DNA of 63,099 bases, counting the filler, from Octopus bimaculoides (taxonomy: Eukaryota): the NCBI RefSeq assembly GCF_001194135.2. It is 6 parts of 6 records of this genome, joined end to end, with 100 filler letters (N's around TTAATTAATTAA, not from the genome) between each part and the next. Parts side by side here need not be neighbours in the genome. Positions count along the whole stretch, not along the records: positions 1 to 14,730 come from NC_068985.1; positions 14,831 to 16,592 come from NW_026408295.1; positions 16,693 to 31,643 come from NC_068987.1; 3 more parts are not named here. One strand, written 5' to 3'. The position numbers and the translations under genes are program-made. How positions within the stretch are numbered: the first letter of the stretch is position 1; every line of letters begins with the position of its first letter. The notes below the pieces were generated by a model. It had not been told where the DNA came from. It made no database searches and was given only the letters and a program-made list of their open reading frames with translations. Below are positions 12,703 through 23,689 of this stretch, piece by piece.

Positions 12703-13779
12703 NNNNNNNNNNNNNNNNNNNNNNNNNNNNNNNNNNNNNNNNNNNNNNNNNNNNNNNNNNNNNNNNNNNNNNNNNNNNNNNNNNNNNNNNNNNNNNNNNN
12801 NNATGTATGTATATGTATATATATACAAACACATGTATAGACAACACGTATTATACATGTATATATATATAATTTTAAAAAACATAACAGGTAAAACCTA
12901 AATGGCAAAATATATCAATATACACATGTGACAATGAATTAATTTTGGCAATACTGGGACACGAGAACAAAAAAAAACTTTAAGCAATAATTTCTCATAT
13001 TTTATTTTATGTTTCACATAAAGCATCCTATATATTTTATGCACAGAGGGAAACGGCGAAATATACAACGAATTTCTTTTCATAAATATTGAAAGAGATG
13101 GAAAAAATTAGCATAGTATGTATTCAGTTGAACTACCTCAATCACCTTATACCAATATATAGTTCTTCAATTTTATTGATTGATTGATTTATTTGTTCTG
13201 AAATACTTATAAAAGTATTTATGTATACATCTAGTTAGCTAGATAGTTCTAAAGGTTTGGATGTAATGTGTGTTGTATTCACTTGAGATAACTCATAAAT
13301 ATATTGCACATGTATATATATATATATATGTATATTTGTATGTGTGTATGCATGTATGTATATGTATATATATATATATATATATATGTCCTACGTGGTT
13401 GTTCGTGTATGTGCTCGGTGCTTTGTAATATTTCATGATACAAGAAATAAAAAGTTCTGACTATGTGCTGAAAGTTTTTAGTGTTTAATATATGTTTATT
13501 GACGTCCAAAAGAAAGTTTACACAATCCAGCGCAACAGGATACTTTACAACGATATTTTGTTCGACTGTGTACCTCAGCATATGGGTCTCCTTTATCTCT
13601 CGTTCAAAACATGTTTTATCATTTAAATCATAAATTTGAATAAGTCTCTTCACGTAGATAGTACTTTATTTTGGGATTTATCTAAACTTTTATCTTACAT
13701 AGTGAATCGCATTAAAGTTTCCGTTAAGACAGGAATCATAACATTTTAAATCATTTGAACCTCATCTTCTATTGTCTTT

Positions 13780-14135
13780 GTTAAGTAAGAGGTCTCCAAT
13801 TTATCCTTATATTTTGGAATATGTTTTGAAATTGTTGTGGTGCTTTCTTGTTGACAAAACCAGCAACACATCAAAAAAATTATTGGTGCTTACAGAGAAA
13901 TCTTTCAAAAAACGGATTAGTCATCACCGTTATGTAGTAATTATCACAGCGCTTTCCAAACGTATTTGGAGGCCTTCGTATTAAAAAGAAGCAACCAGAA
14001 TTAGATGGTTTGCATTAAATAAAACACGGACATTTAGGAACGGATATAACGGCTTCGATCCTATTCTCACAAGGAAATTCTACATCATTCATCACTCCAA
14101 GGTGATATTAAAGACAAAGAAAACAAAATCCTTTC
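13780..14135 (+). mobile_element. Decayed Penelope-like element, GIY-YIG endonuclease C-terminal part
   Basis: att ggt (g) ctt aca gag aaa tct ttc aaa aaa cgg reads IG-LTEKSFKKRISHH, then TALSKRIW, IRWFALNKTRTFRNG and KFYII. This matches the PLE motif series YIGxTExxFKxR, TxLSKxIW, IxW, ExxxII. Confidence 0.75.
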
Positions 14136-14526
14136 TGTGTTATAACTTAGTTCTTTGCGTAGCTTATTGGTAATGGTGTTAAACTTATAATCATAAAGTC
14201 TAGGTACGCGTTGCTGTCTTCGGCTGGACACTTATTTCATGCTGGTCCAGGGTATTGAAATTAAATGAGTACCAGCTTGTGCTGGAGTAACCATCATTTC
14301 TTTCAGCCGTCACATCCTGGACGTTCTACTGGAACCAGATTGGGAGAAACGAACTGTGACTGTATCCGCTCGCGACTGCATGTAGGCATAAAAAAATATT
14401 ACGGATGCATTTTACATTGTATCAAATCAAAGAATCTTGCGAGTGACGGTTCGGTAGTCAGACATACATATATGATTATGTGTATGTATGTGTATATGTG
14501 CGCATTTATGTATGTATGTATGAATA

Positions 14527-14690
14527 TGAAGTTTGTTTCCCAATCACATGGTTCCAGGTTCAATTCCACTGCCTGGCACCTTGGGCAAGTCTCTTCTACT
14601 ACAGCCTCGGGATGACCAAAGCCTTGTGAGTTGATTTCGTAGACAGAAACTGGAAGAAGCCCGTTGTGTGTGTGTGTGTGTGTGTGTTTG
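14527..14690 (+). mobile_element. CORE-type SINE, family B
   Basis: ccaggttcaattccactgcctggcaccttgggcaagtc...gaccaaagccttgtgagt...aagaagcccgttgtgtgtg. Confidence 0.85.
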
Positions 14691-14774
14691 CGTGCACACA
14701 CATGCATGTATATATTTATATGTGTGTGTANNNNNNNNNNNNNNNNNNNNNNNNNNNNNNNNNNNNNNNNNNNN

Positions 14775-14786
14775 TTAATTAATTAA
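14775..14786. other. Artificial assembly linker TTAATTAATTAA in a 100-bp N spacer (also 16637-16648, 31688-31699, 33276-33287, 53778-53789)
   Basis: An identical palindromic 12-mer with stops in all six frames, each time flanked by exactly 44 N on both sides. Confidence 0.95.
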
Positions 14787-14830
14787 NNNNNNNNNNNNNN
14801 NNNNNNNNNNNNNNNNNNNNNNNNNNNNNN

Positions 14831-15609
14831 TTGTACTTGGGGATGGTCATATTGCCAGTTTAGCCAATAAAAACACACGCACTGTATATTTGGTGTTAAT
14901 TTGCTTCAGCTTTATATTACATTACATTAATCCTATTTTGGCCAGAGTCCTTTCGTCACACTTCTGTGACCTCATCAGTGGTCTTTTGTTTTCTTCTTTC
15001 TTATGTGTGTCTCACCTTGCTAACTATCAGCCATTTTGTATTTTGTATTCCTATTGTATGTGTCTACGCATACGTATCCCTCAACGTGTGTCTATGTTTT
15101 GTAAGTACATGTGTGTGTATGCGGAGTGCCTGTATTATCTATATCCTCTGTTAATACATGTTCGTTTATTTTTGTTTTTATTTATTTGTTCATGTGTTAA
15201 TACCTACTTTTTTGTATTTAATTTAATTTTGTTAACGTATGTAATATTTAATTCCATTTGTTTATCTATGTATTGCATTGTATTATATTTTGTTCATATT
15301 GCTATTGGTTTATGGGGAATTTATTGTCATATGTTGTGGTTTGTGGTTTGTGAGGGGTGCGTGTTAGTGTTCCATTCCAGTTTCCTATTCAGGCTAGGTT
15401 TATCTTCTATTATGGGTGTAACTTCTGTAATTTGTCTAAGTGCTGCGTCTCTGCTATGTGTGTATAGGTTTTTAATTTCTATGTTGTTGAGTGAGCCTCC
15501 ATGTTCTTGCTCAGGGTGCCGGTACAGAACTGATGAGCTCTTCCCTTCCTTAAGTTCCCTCCAATGTCCATTTGCCCGCTTCCCTGTACTCCGTGCTGTT
15601 TCGCCTACA
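14831..15609 (-). mobile_element. Penelope-like element 3' end: GIY-YIG C-terminal half plus 3' terminal region with hammerhead motif
   Basis: Minus frame 15608 to 15327 reads VGETARSTGKRANGHWRELKEGKSSSVLYRH...RQITEVTPIIEDKPSLNRKLEW (YVGET-R...R..EH and E..I...KPSLN motifs), then an A-rich 3' region and the hammerhead at 14940-14983. Confidence 0.85.
14940..14983 (-). ncRNA. Minimal type I hammerhead ribozyme motif (Penelope-associated)
   Basis: GACCA CTGATGA G GTCAC-AGAAGT-GTGAC GAAA G-GA-C TC TGGCC: intact core, 5-bp stem II, UC cleavage site, stem I GACCA/TGGCC with 1 mismatch. Confidence 0.7.
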
Positions 15610-16163
15610 ACGACGTATAAAATAGCTAGATTAAGAAATTATACTAATGGCCATAAGAATAGGAAAATTACTTTACATAACAAGATAGATCCCAGTAAGA
15701 AAACTACAAATGATAGTAGAAGCAATAATATAACCCCAAATACTTATGATAACCACAAACCTCTACCATATTACAAATTTAGAAGAAAAAATTCTATATG
15801 GCTTAACATCCCTTACAACTATGCAGTATCTACGAACATCTATAAGAAATTTATGGATATCTTACAAAGAAATTTCGACCATAACCATAGATATTATAAA
15901 ATCTTCTCTCAACACACAATCCGTATCTCATACTCTACTCTCCCCAATATAGGATCTATTATCAATAAGTTAAATAGAAGGAACATTGAACTAGCTAGGA
16001 CCCTTGAAAATAAAAATTGTCTTATTATTGATAGCAATACAAATAACTACCAAACTATTAATAACACCAATGCAACCAATAATCATGCACATGGTAATGA
16101 ACATATTAATACTTCAACTGTTAACATAGTTGATGAGATAAATCTTCCTAGCTCAAACAATAT
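15610..16163 (+). mobile_element. Penelope-like element RT-to-endonuclease linker region, inverted relative to 14831-15609
   Basis: RKNSIWLNIPYNYAVSTNIYKKFMDILQRNFDHNHRYYKIFSQHTIRISYSTLPNIGSII matches the PLE linker pattern (RxIIWFNPPYxxxVxTNIxxxFLxLIxKHFxxxHxxxKIFNxxTIKISYSxMPN). Frame open until the N gap. Confidence 0.88.
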
Positions 16164-16383
16164 NNNNNNNNNNNNNNNNNNNNNNNNNNNNNNNNNNNNN
16201 NNNNNNNNNNNNNNNNNNNNNNNNNNNNNNNNNNNNNNNNNNNNNNNNNNNNNNNNNNNNNNNNNNNNNNNNNNNNNNNNNNNNNNNNNNNNNNNNNNNN
16301 NNNNNNNNNNNNNNNNNNNNNNNNNNNNNNNNNNNNNNNNNNNNNNNNNNNNNNNNNNNNNNNNNNNNNNNNNNNNNNNNNNN

Positions 16384-16443
<60 letters not shown>

Positions 16444-17577
16444 CCTGACATACATACGTATATACGTACATACATACATAGATACATACATACATACAAA
16501 CATACATATATACATACATATATACATACATACATGCATATGTACATATGTACATACATATATTTGACCTGAATTCATCGTAGGCCACCATCNNNNNNNN
16601 NNNNNNNNNNNNNNNNNNNNNNNNNNNNNNNNNNNNTTAATTAATTAANNNNNNNNNNNNNNNNNNNNNNNNNNNNNNNNNNNNNNNNNNNNTATACATA
16701 TATATATATGCACACAGATATACATATGTATATAGGTACATATGAATATATGGATATTATGTATATGTGTATATGTTTGTGCATATATATGTATATATAC
16801 ATCCTTACGTGTATTTGTATATACATGTGTGCGTATGTATGCATGTCAGCGTGTTTGTGTGTGCATCCCAGATGTCCTAGTTATGGGAGACAATGTGCTG
16901 AAATAATTACATGCCATCGACGAAGAAATCAAACCTAGTGACATTATAGTTCATGTCTAGTATGTATTTCAAAATATACGATCAACATTTTATTCAGACA
17001 ATAGCTCTAAAAATGCTGACACACACATGCAGAAAGCGTGCATTACTGCGTCAGCATGGCACCATATTGAGAAGAAAGAACAATCTTTTTATAGATGTAG
17101 GTTATGCATTGCACCGTAGGGGATCAGTGTTCAACACGTTGTTACAATAAGAACATTTCAGCTACAAGATACAGCAATTCCACTATAATTATCACATTAA
17201 TAAACATTAGGAAAGACAATTGAAAATCATAATATGTAATTTAGTCTCTTCCTTAAACGTAGAATCATTGTGATTAGAATAAAGAAATTCATACTCACAG
17301 AATAACTGATTTCTATTTTGGGGCACTCAGTAATCGAAAATGCGTTCAATTGTTATGATATGTATTTTAACTCAAATTATCCAACAAACATGCAATTTCA
17401 GCTAGTTTTCAGCCGTTCATTTCGTGTATATACGTAATCCGTTTTTTGCTTTAAAAAAAAAAAAAAAAATTATGACAATTTTTCTTAAATCGTAGTTATG
17501 GCTTCAATGTTTAAAGCTAGGCCATAGTGGGACAATGCATTTAATTTTTATCCGATAATATTTGCTTAATAATTCGT

Positions 17578-17714
17578 TGACTTATTTTATCGACCCTGAC
17601 AAGGTAAAAAGTAAAGTTGACCTCGTCGAAATTTGAACTCAGAACGTAAAGACGGACGAAATGTCGCTAAGCATTTTTGGCTGCAGTGCTAACGATTCAA
17701 CCAGCTCGCTGCCT
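17578..17714 (-). mobile_element. SINE family A
   Basis: cttattttatcgaccctg...atttgaactcagaacgtaaagacggacgaaatgtcgctaagc...ccagctcgctgcc. Confidence 0.85.
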
Positions 17715-19675
17715 CAGGCATTTCTGTTTCATACAACATTTTACTAACAGCAGAAAAGAAATCGAAAGTGAATTAGCATTCGAACCTACATCTACTTTGT
17801 CACATCTTGGTGAGAAAACGATAAAATTCCATTTATAAAATATAGTCTCTGTCTCTGTATTTCTGAAAATATGATTTAATCCGAGAAGAAATGATTTTAA
17901 CTTGCAAAAAAAAAAAAGGAAAAAAGGATTTGCTCTCGACGCAACCCCATTATCAACTTTGCTACACAATCACCGATTTGAGGAATTAAATTTGTTAATG
18001 TTAATTGTTAGCTCTTACCAACATTCTTCTTCAAATTCTGTTACTTCTACATTTTCTCAAACGACAAAGAAAGCCGGGTAAATATGTCAATGGGGCTGTG
18101 TGTGATGGACAAATGGTATCTTAAAAGAAATAAAAACACAGTTTGGAACCTGATGACTTTCAACACATAACATTTCTGTTTCATACAACATTTTACTAAC
18201 AGCAGAAAAGAATGGAACAGCAATGTGGAATACTGTTCATAGTCACTCCTCTCGATTTCGAGGTATGACTGTTTGAAGGAAAAGTTTAAAGAATCTAATT
18301 TGTGTCCAGGTATGCTTTTTGCAACAACGGGGACAATAATGATTTTAACTTTACCTCAGACTGGACAAATGTGACTGTTGAATGTAGGGTGTAATTCTTT
18401 AATGGTTCTGTTTCTTCAACGCAAATTGTTTAAATACGTCATGACACATTTTACGCCTATAATATTTTATTTATGATTCGTGCTTGTAACAACCACCAAA
18501 TATTTAATATTTGGCAGTAAATGTATAATTTCACAATACGCTGCTGTTGCATAATAATTGGCATTGCATTTTTCAGTAGAGACAACACATTGCGTGATAC
18601 GAGGAAAATGTATCTGATATCTTTAGCTGATGAAACGAACTCATAAACGTTTCATCGTCGCTGTTCGTAAACTGAATAAATAATATCGATCAACGTAGAG
18701 AATTTATCAACCGGTCGTTTACTTTGAACTAGAAACAAGCGTAATATTTCAAACCATGTATTAAAAGGAAATTAATTCGACCAGGTATGAAAGTCAACTG
18801 ATATTTCAGCTCAAAACGTAGAGACAATATTACATCTTGTAAGCAATTAGACCAATATTCTTTTATACATAGGCCACAGGTGTTATTTCCGAATAATTTC
18901 TGTTCTGTATATCTTATATATTTACGATCGAATACCGTATAGTTTGTGGAATTATAAGTATATTCAATTGAATACACCGATTGATGTCTGAAAGACAAAG
19001 GCTCAGATGAATTCTAAAACCACAAAGCAATTGGATTTCTGTTTCTTTTATCATTCGTTACAAATATTATCAATAATATGAAAAGTGAATATTCCATTAT
19101 ACATTCGGTTGTAGAAATAATCTTTTACGGAACATAAACATATGTAGACTTCCTTCTTTTAATGTAGCGTTAGCAAAAGACAGATGAATATCCATTGCAT
19201 ATAGCACGAATTTAAGGAATCAATAAGTGAGACTGTACCAGGTAATATGACTGGCTAGAATTAACAGCCAAATAACTATAAAATCTTGACAGCGAAAAAA
19301 AAAAAAGAATGCACGTTAGGTAGTATTCCTCTTTTCATTACGTAAAGGTAGTGAATTCACTATGTAAAACTTTCTCCGTCTCCGATCATTCGTTAATTCG
19401 ATGATGGCTGGAATCAATGTTAAAAAAAATATTGCCACTGATACTAAACATCATAGCAGTTATAAATCAATGAAGGAACTTCCAAGCGATTATTCGATCT
19501 GCTGATGGTTGTGCTCAAATTCTAATCTGCTACCTTTTAAACAAAGAAGGACATACTGGATGATGAAGCCTCAAATAAATTGTATAACATGAAATATTAA
19601 TTTACCGTGGCAGACTCAATAATGAATTGCAGATGAAACATAGTTGTTAACTTTATCGACTTTCTTCATTATCAG

Positions 19676-19882
19676 TTTCAAATTATGGCACAAGGCCAGC
19701 AATTTCAGGGTAGTGGGTAAGTCGATTACATCTACCCCAGTACTTGGGTGGTACTCATTTTATCGACCCTGAAAATATGAAAATCAAAGTCGACCACTAT
19801 ATAATTTGAACTCAGATCCCAAAGACAGACAAAATGCCGCTAAGCATCTTACCCGGCGTTTTAACGAATTTACCATCTTGCC
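19676..19882 (-). mobile_element. SINE family A
   Basis: ggcacaaggccagcaattt...ggtactcattttatcgaccctg...atttgaactcag...gccgctaagcat. Confidence 0.82.
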
Positions 19883-20435
19883 AGATTACACTTTCTTAAT
19901 TATCATTTCTTTTTCTAATTAAGGATTGTTCTGAGATAAAAAATTTGCGCTATGAATTAATATAAGAGGCTGTGATACACATTTATTTATTTATTCATTT
20001 ATTCATTTATTTTTGAAACGGTATTAACACTTAAAATAATTCTTTAAATCAAAACTACAGAACACAGTGAAAACATCACAAACATCAGCACTGCATTTTT
20101 GTAAGCCGCTGCTTAACTTAATATATAACTCTAATAGATTATCAGTATAAGAACAAAAGTTATAGAAGGAGGTTTAGGAAATAGATACACACTAGCATAG
20201 GTGATAAGTTGGCAGATATATGTGGCAGTCTTTTGCAGCCTCCTATACATTCAGATATGTTACACTAATATAAATTTTCCACCATTAAAGAAGCGCTTAT
20301 CATCTGAAAACCAGAAGAATGTTATATATTTCCTGATATTACAGCGAGCCTTTTTAGTGATATAAGCATCATTATATTCTTTGATAGAACACATTAAAAT
20401 CTACATCTAATAAACGCTCTTTGAACACTGTTGCA

Positions 20436-20610
20436 GTAATCGGTACAGAAATGGCAGGGTGTTATGTAAATCCAATACGGAGATTGGGGTTCGTTTCCAC
20501 TGCTCATCTCTTTCAGCAAATGTTTTCTGGCATAGCCTCAGATCAAACAAATCATTGTGAATGAAATATGGCAAACGGAAAATGTGTGGAAGCCAGTTGC
20601 GGGACAGTTG
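20436..20610 (+). mobile_element. Highly degenerate family B SINE
   Basis: ggggttcgtttccactg...atagcctcagatcaaacaaatcattgtgaatg...aaacggaaaatgtgtggaagcc follows the family B motif order. Confidence 0.5.
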
Positions 20611-21023
20611 CTCTTTTCAGTGGTAAACATAATTCGTCATCTGGTTCTACGCAACCACTTGACGTCTGGGTACATTTAGAAGGATCAACTCAGTTACAAG
20701 CGCTCACGCCTAGTCTCTGGTCTGAAGACCGAACATGACTTTTTCTTTCCCACCTACAAATCTAGTAAGCCCCGAAAGGGGTCATAGTGTCTGACTTTCT
20801 TCCTTTAGCTATACCTTTAACAACGAAAATTTGAAATCTCTATCAAAGTGATGAATAATTTCCATCACACCAGTGATTTTATCAGCTCTACTGCCACATC
20901 AGTATTATCTATAAAACAAATCAATATTTATATATTTGCACCAGTATATCATTGAAAGCCTCCAACTAACACGCTAGCCACTATACATTCTTTTTTTTTC
21001 TCTCCCTGTTTCTTTCCGTGTTC

Positions 21024-21059
21024 CTTTCTGTGGAGGAGAGTAGGCTCGAAACGTTAAAG
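21024..21059 (+). ncRNA. Degenerate minimal hammerhead-like motif
   Basis: CTTT CTGTGGA G GAGA-GTAG-GCTC GAAA CG TT AAAG: perfect 4-bp stem I and palindromic ACGT stem III, but core A6 is T and stem II has a mismatch. Confidence 0.5.
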
Positions 21060-21371
21060 AAATTTTCACTTCCCGAGCGTTAAAATAATACATCTGTTTG
21101 TTGTCTTCACCACCCGTCTTCGTTTATTTTTTTTTTTTTGTGAAGTCTAACCATAACAATAATTCATCTCAGAAAACTAAGACATTATCGTGCGTATAAC
21201 TCTATGCAATATTGGAGGAGATGTAATCGGCTGATATTGAAGAACGCCAACGGTTATTAGAATATGGCTGAGAATCTCGAGCGTATTTTAGTTCTGCTTG
21301 AGTTTTAAGGGTGGCTGAGAGTATAAAGCCAAATAGCTCCAGTATTTTCCAAAGGAAAAGTGACTGCAATT

Positions 21372-21583
21372 ATTTTCAAATTTTGGGACAAAGCCAGCAA
21401 TTTCGCGGTAGGAGTTAAGTTGATTACATCTAATGCAGTGCTGAAGTGGTACTTATTTTATCGACACCGAAAGGATGAAAGGCAAAGTTGACCTCGGCTG
21501 AAATTGATTTCCGAACGAAAACAGGGACGAAATTCCACTAACCATTGTGTCCAGCGTGCTAGCGATCCAGACACCTTGCTGAC
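21372..21583 (-). mobile_element. SINE family A (first of a tandem pair)
   Basis: ttttcaaattttgggacaaagcc...ggtacttattttatcgacaccgaaaggatgaaaggcaaagttgacctcggc. Confidence 0.82.
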
Positions 21584-21601
21584 TTAATAAAAATAAATAC
21601 T

Positions 21602-21815
21602 GATTTCAAATTTTGGCACAAGGCCGGCAACATTTGTGTGGGGAGGTAAATCGATTACGTCGACCCTAGTACTCAACTGGTACTTATCTTATCGATCCCG
21701 AAAGGATTAAATGATGAAAGTCGGCCTTGGCGTGATATGAACTCAGAACGTAAAGATGAATGAAACCCTTCTAAGCAATTTTCCGGCGTGCTAACGATTC
21801 TCCCACCCTGCTGCA
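21602..21815 (-). mobile_element. SINE family A (second of a tandem pair)
   Basis: tttcaaattttggcacaaggcc...aactggtacttatcttatcgatcccgaaagga...tgaactcagaacgtaaag...cggcgtgctaacgattc. Confidence 0.82.
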
Positions 21816-21895
21816 TAAAATGACGGCAGATATTATTACGTTTGTGACATATAATGATGGAATAATGTCACACTGACCTTATAATGAACAGAGTT

Positions 21896-22232
21896 GGGGT
21901 GCAATGGCCCAGTGGTTAGGGCAGCGAACTCACGGTCGTAGGATAGCGGTTTCGATTCCCAGACCGAGCGTTGTGAGTGTTTATTGCGCGAAAACACCTA
22001 AGGCTCCATGAGGCTCCGGCAGGCGGTGGTGGCGAACCCTGCTGTATTCATTCACCACAACTTTCTCTCACTCTTTCTTCTTGTTTCTGTTGTACCTGTA
22101 TTTCAAAAGGGCCAGCCTTGTCACACTCTGTGTCACGCTGAATCTCCCCGAGAACTACGTTAAGTGTACACGTATCTGTGGAGTGCTCAGCCACTTGCAC
22201 GTTAATTTTACGAGCAGACTGTTCCGGTGATC
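21896..22232 (+). mobile_element. tRNA-derived SINE, family D
   Basis: A-box TGGCCCAGTGG and B-box GGTTTCGATTCC in a tRNA-like head, then about 270 bp of body. There is no complete acceptor stem, so this is not a tRNA gene. Confidence 0.75.
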
Positions 22233-22813
22233 GCGTTTTTTATGTTTTGGGATACACTTTCCAGTGTGACCCTCCCCCTTTTGAAGGTAGTAGGGTTGAT
22301 TGAAAAAAATTTGGTAGCGGTTTATTGCATGTCGAGCGACCATACAGAATCTTCATAGTGTACTTGCATGGTTAGTCAGTCCGATGCAGCTCATATTTCT
22401 CCTTCTTAGTTTTATGAAAATTTAAGCAGAACAACGCAAGCAACGAGGATTTGGTGTCAACTTTACAGTATTCATGCTGTGTAGGCTCATTAAACTTATA
22501 CGCTGATATCTTACCATTGAATTTATTAGTTGCTGGACGCAGTTGGTGATAATATTAATTCTTAATTATTCATACATAAATCCGACACTCCATCCGACCG
22601 GCCATTCCTAGATTATTTAACTCTATATAGACACAGTGGTAGCCTTTTGCTCTGCAGTATAAGCTAACACTTCATGAAATCCTACGGCTCTTTATATTTA
22701 GTTACAACACATAATACCACTGGGATATAATAGATTGCAGCAAATGTAGTGTTCATTCACATAGTCTAACACCCCCCTACACACACACACACACACAGAC
22801 AAACAAACACTAT

Positions 22814-22980
22814 ATTACGGTTCTATGTTTAAGAGATGAGGAATTATGTACATTATTTACATTATCTACATTTGGCCTGATGAAGGCTGGAGGGTCTATC
22901 AGCTGAAACATTGTATTAACAACAAACAAGATGAGGACAAATATCCGTTAAATGTAAATAATGTAAATAATGTAAATAAT
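22814..22980 (+). mobile_element. 167-bp non-autonomous Penelope-derived or retrozyme-like insertion with hammerhead motif and internal inverted repeat
   Basis: Flanked by direct repeat AAACACTAT (22805-22813, 22981-22989). attatgtacattatttacattatctacattt (left) is inverted relative to aaatgtaaataatgtaaataatgtaaataat (right). Hammerhead core at 22877-22912. Confidence 0.7.
22877..22912 (+). ncRNA. Hammerhead ribozyme-like motif, CpG-decayed
   Basis: CTGATGA A GGCTG-GAGGGTCTAT-CAGCT GAAA CA TT. Reverting TG and CA to CG gives a perfect GGCTG/CAGCC stem II and palindromic ACGT stem III. Confidence 0.65.
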
Positions 22981-23689
22981 AAACACTATTTTCCATAATC
23001 TGTTTCTCGATAATCGCCGGAGCCTTTTTATAAGTATGTTCTCGAATATTATGGCCGTGTTTGGTTCGCTCGTCTCTTCTCATCTGTCTCCTAAGCTGCA
23101 GCTGTCCAGTTGTGGGCATCAATATTCAACTGCACACGCACACACATAGACGCATAACCTCTCTCTTTCTCTCTCTCTCACACATACTCACATACACACA
23201 CGCGCACACATACACTCGTACGCACACTTAGTTTGATGGTAGGTCAGTATTACTCTGAAATCAGAGTATACCGATCACATCACCCAGATGTATATTGTTA
23301 TTCTCAGCCGAGTTTTTCTCAAACATGAAACCAAATGAAGCCAACTGAAATTATAAACATTATGATACAACGATTTCTGTATTTCTGAAACTTGGGTATA
23401 GTGTATAACCTTCACCTCCACTTGGACGTGCAATTTGCCTCTGTTCTTCCTAGTCGGCTTATCACTTCTACCTGGTCCCCTGGCGGCATATAGCTAATCC
23501 ATGTATTTCAAATATTCAGGCTATGTCTCCCGACAGAGGATAGCTTATTTCATCTTCTCTCCGATCTTGTCCTCGAGAAAGTCTATTGGCTTTGCTTCAA
23601 TTTTTATGCATAATATGTACAACAAATGCAGTGACAAACCCACGAATCTGTATCCCATACGTTTTGTCTATATGTTATATTCTTGAACG

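Noticed and set aside
15528-15545. CTGATGAG motif on the + strand as a hammerhead
   Set aside because: No stem II or GAAA follows; it is the antisense of the SSSV codons in the endonuclease frame.
14890-16443. 517-aa ORF as a novel membrane protein
   Set aside because: The hydrophobic N-half is the antisense of an A-rich Penelope 3' region and endonuclease; only the C-half is a real PLE linker frame; the end is gap and microsatellite.
18630-18657. Perfect 9-bp hairpin GATGAAACG-N10-CGTTTCATC preceded by CT
   Set aside because: It starts like a hammerhead core but lacks the GAAA-stem III arrangement; an isolated short hairpin with no other support.
21896-21970. tRNA-like sequences here and at 37348-37420 and in family A heads
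   Set aside because: A and B boxes are present, but there is no complete cloverleaf or acceptor stem and they continue into repeat bodies: SINE heads, not tRNA genes.
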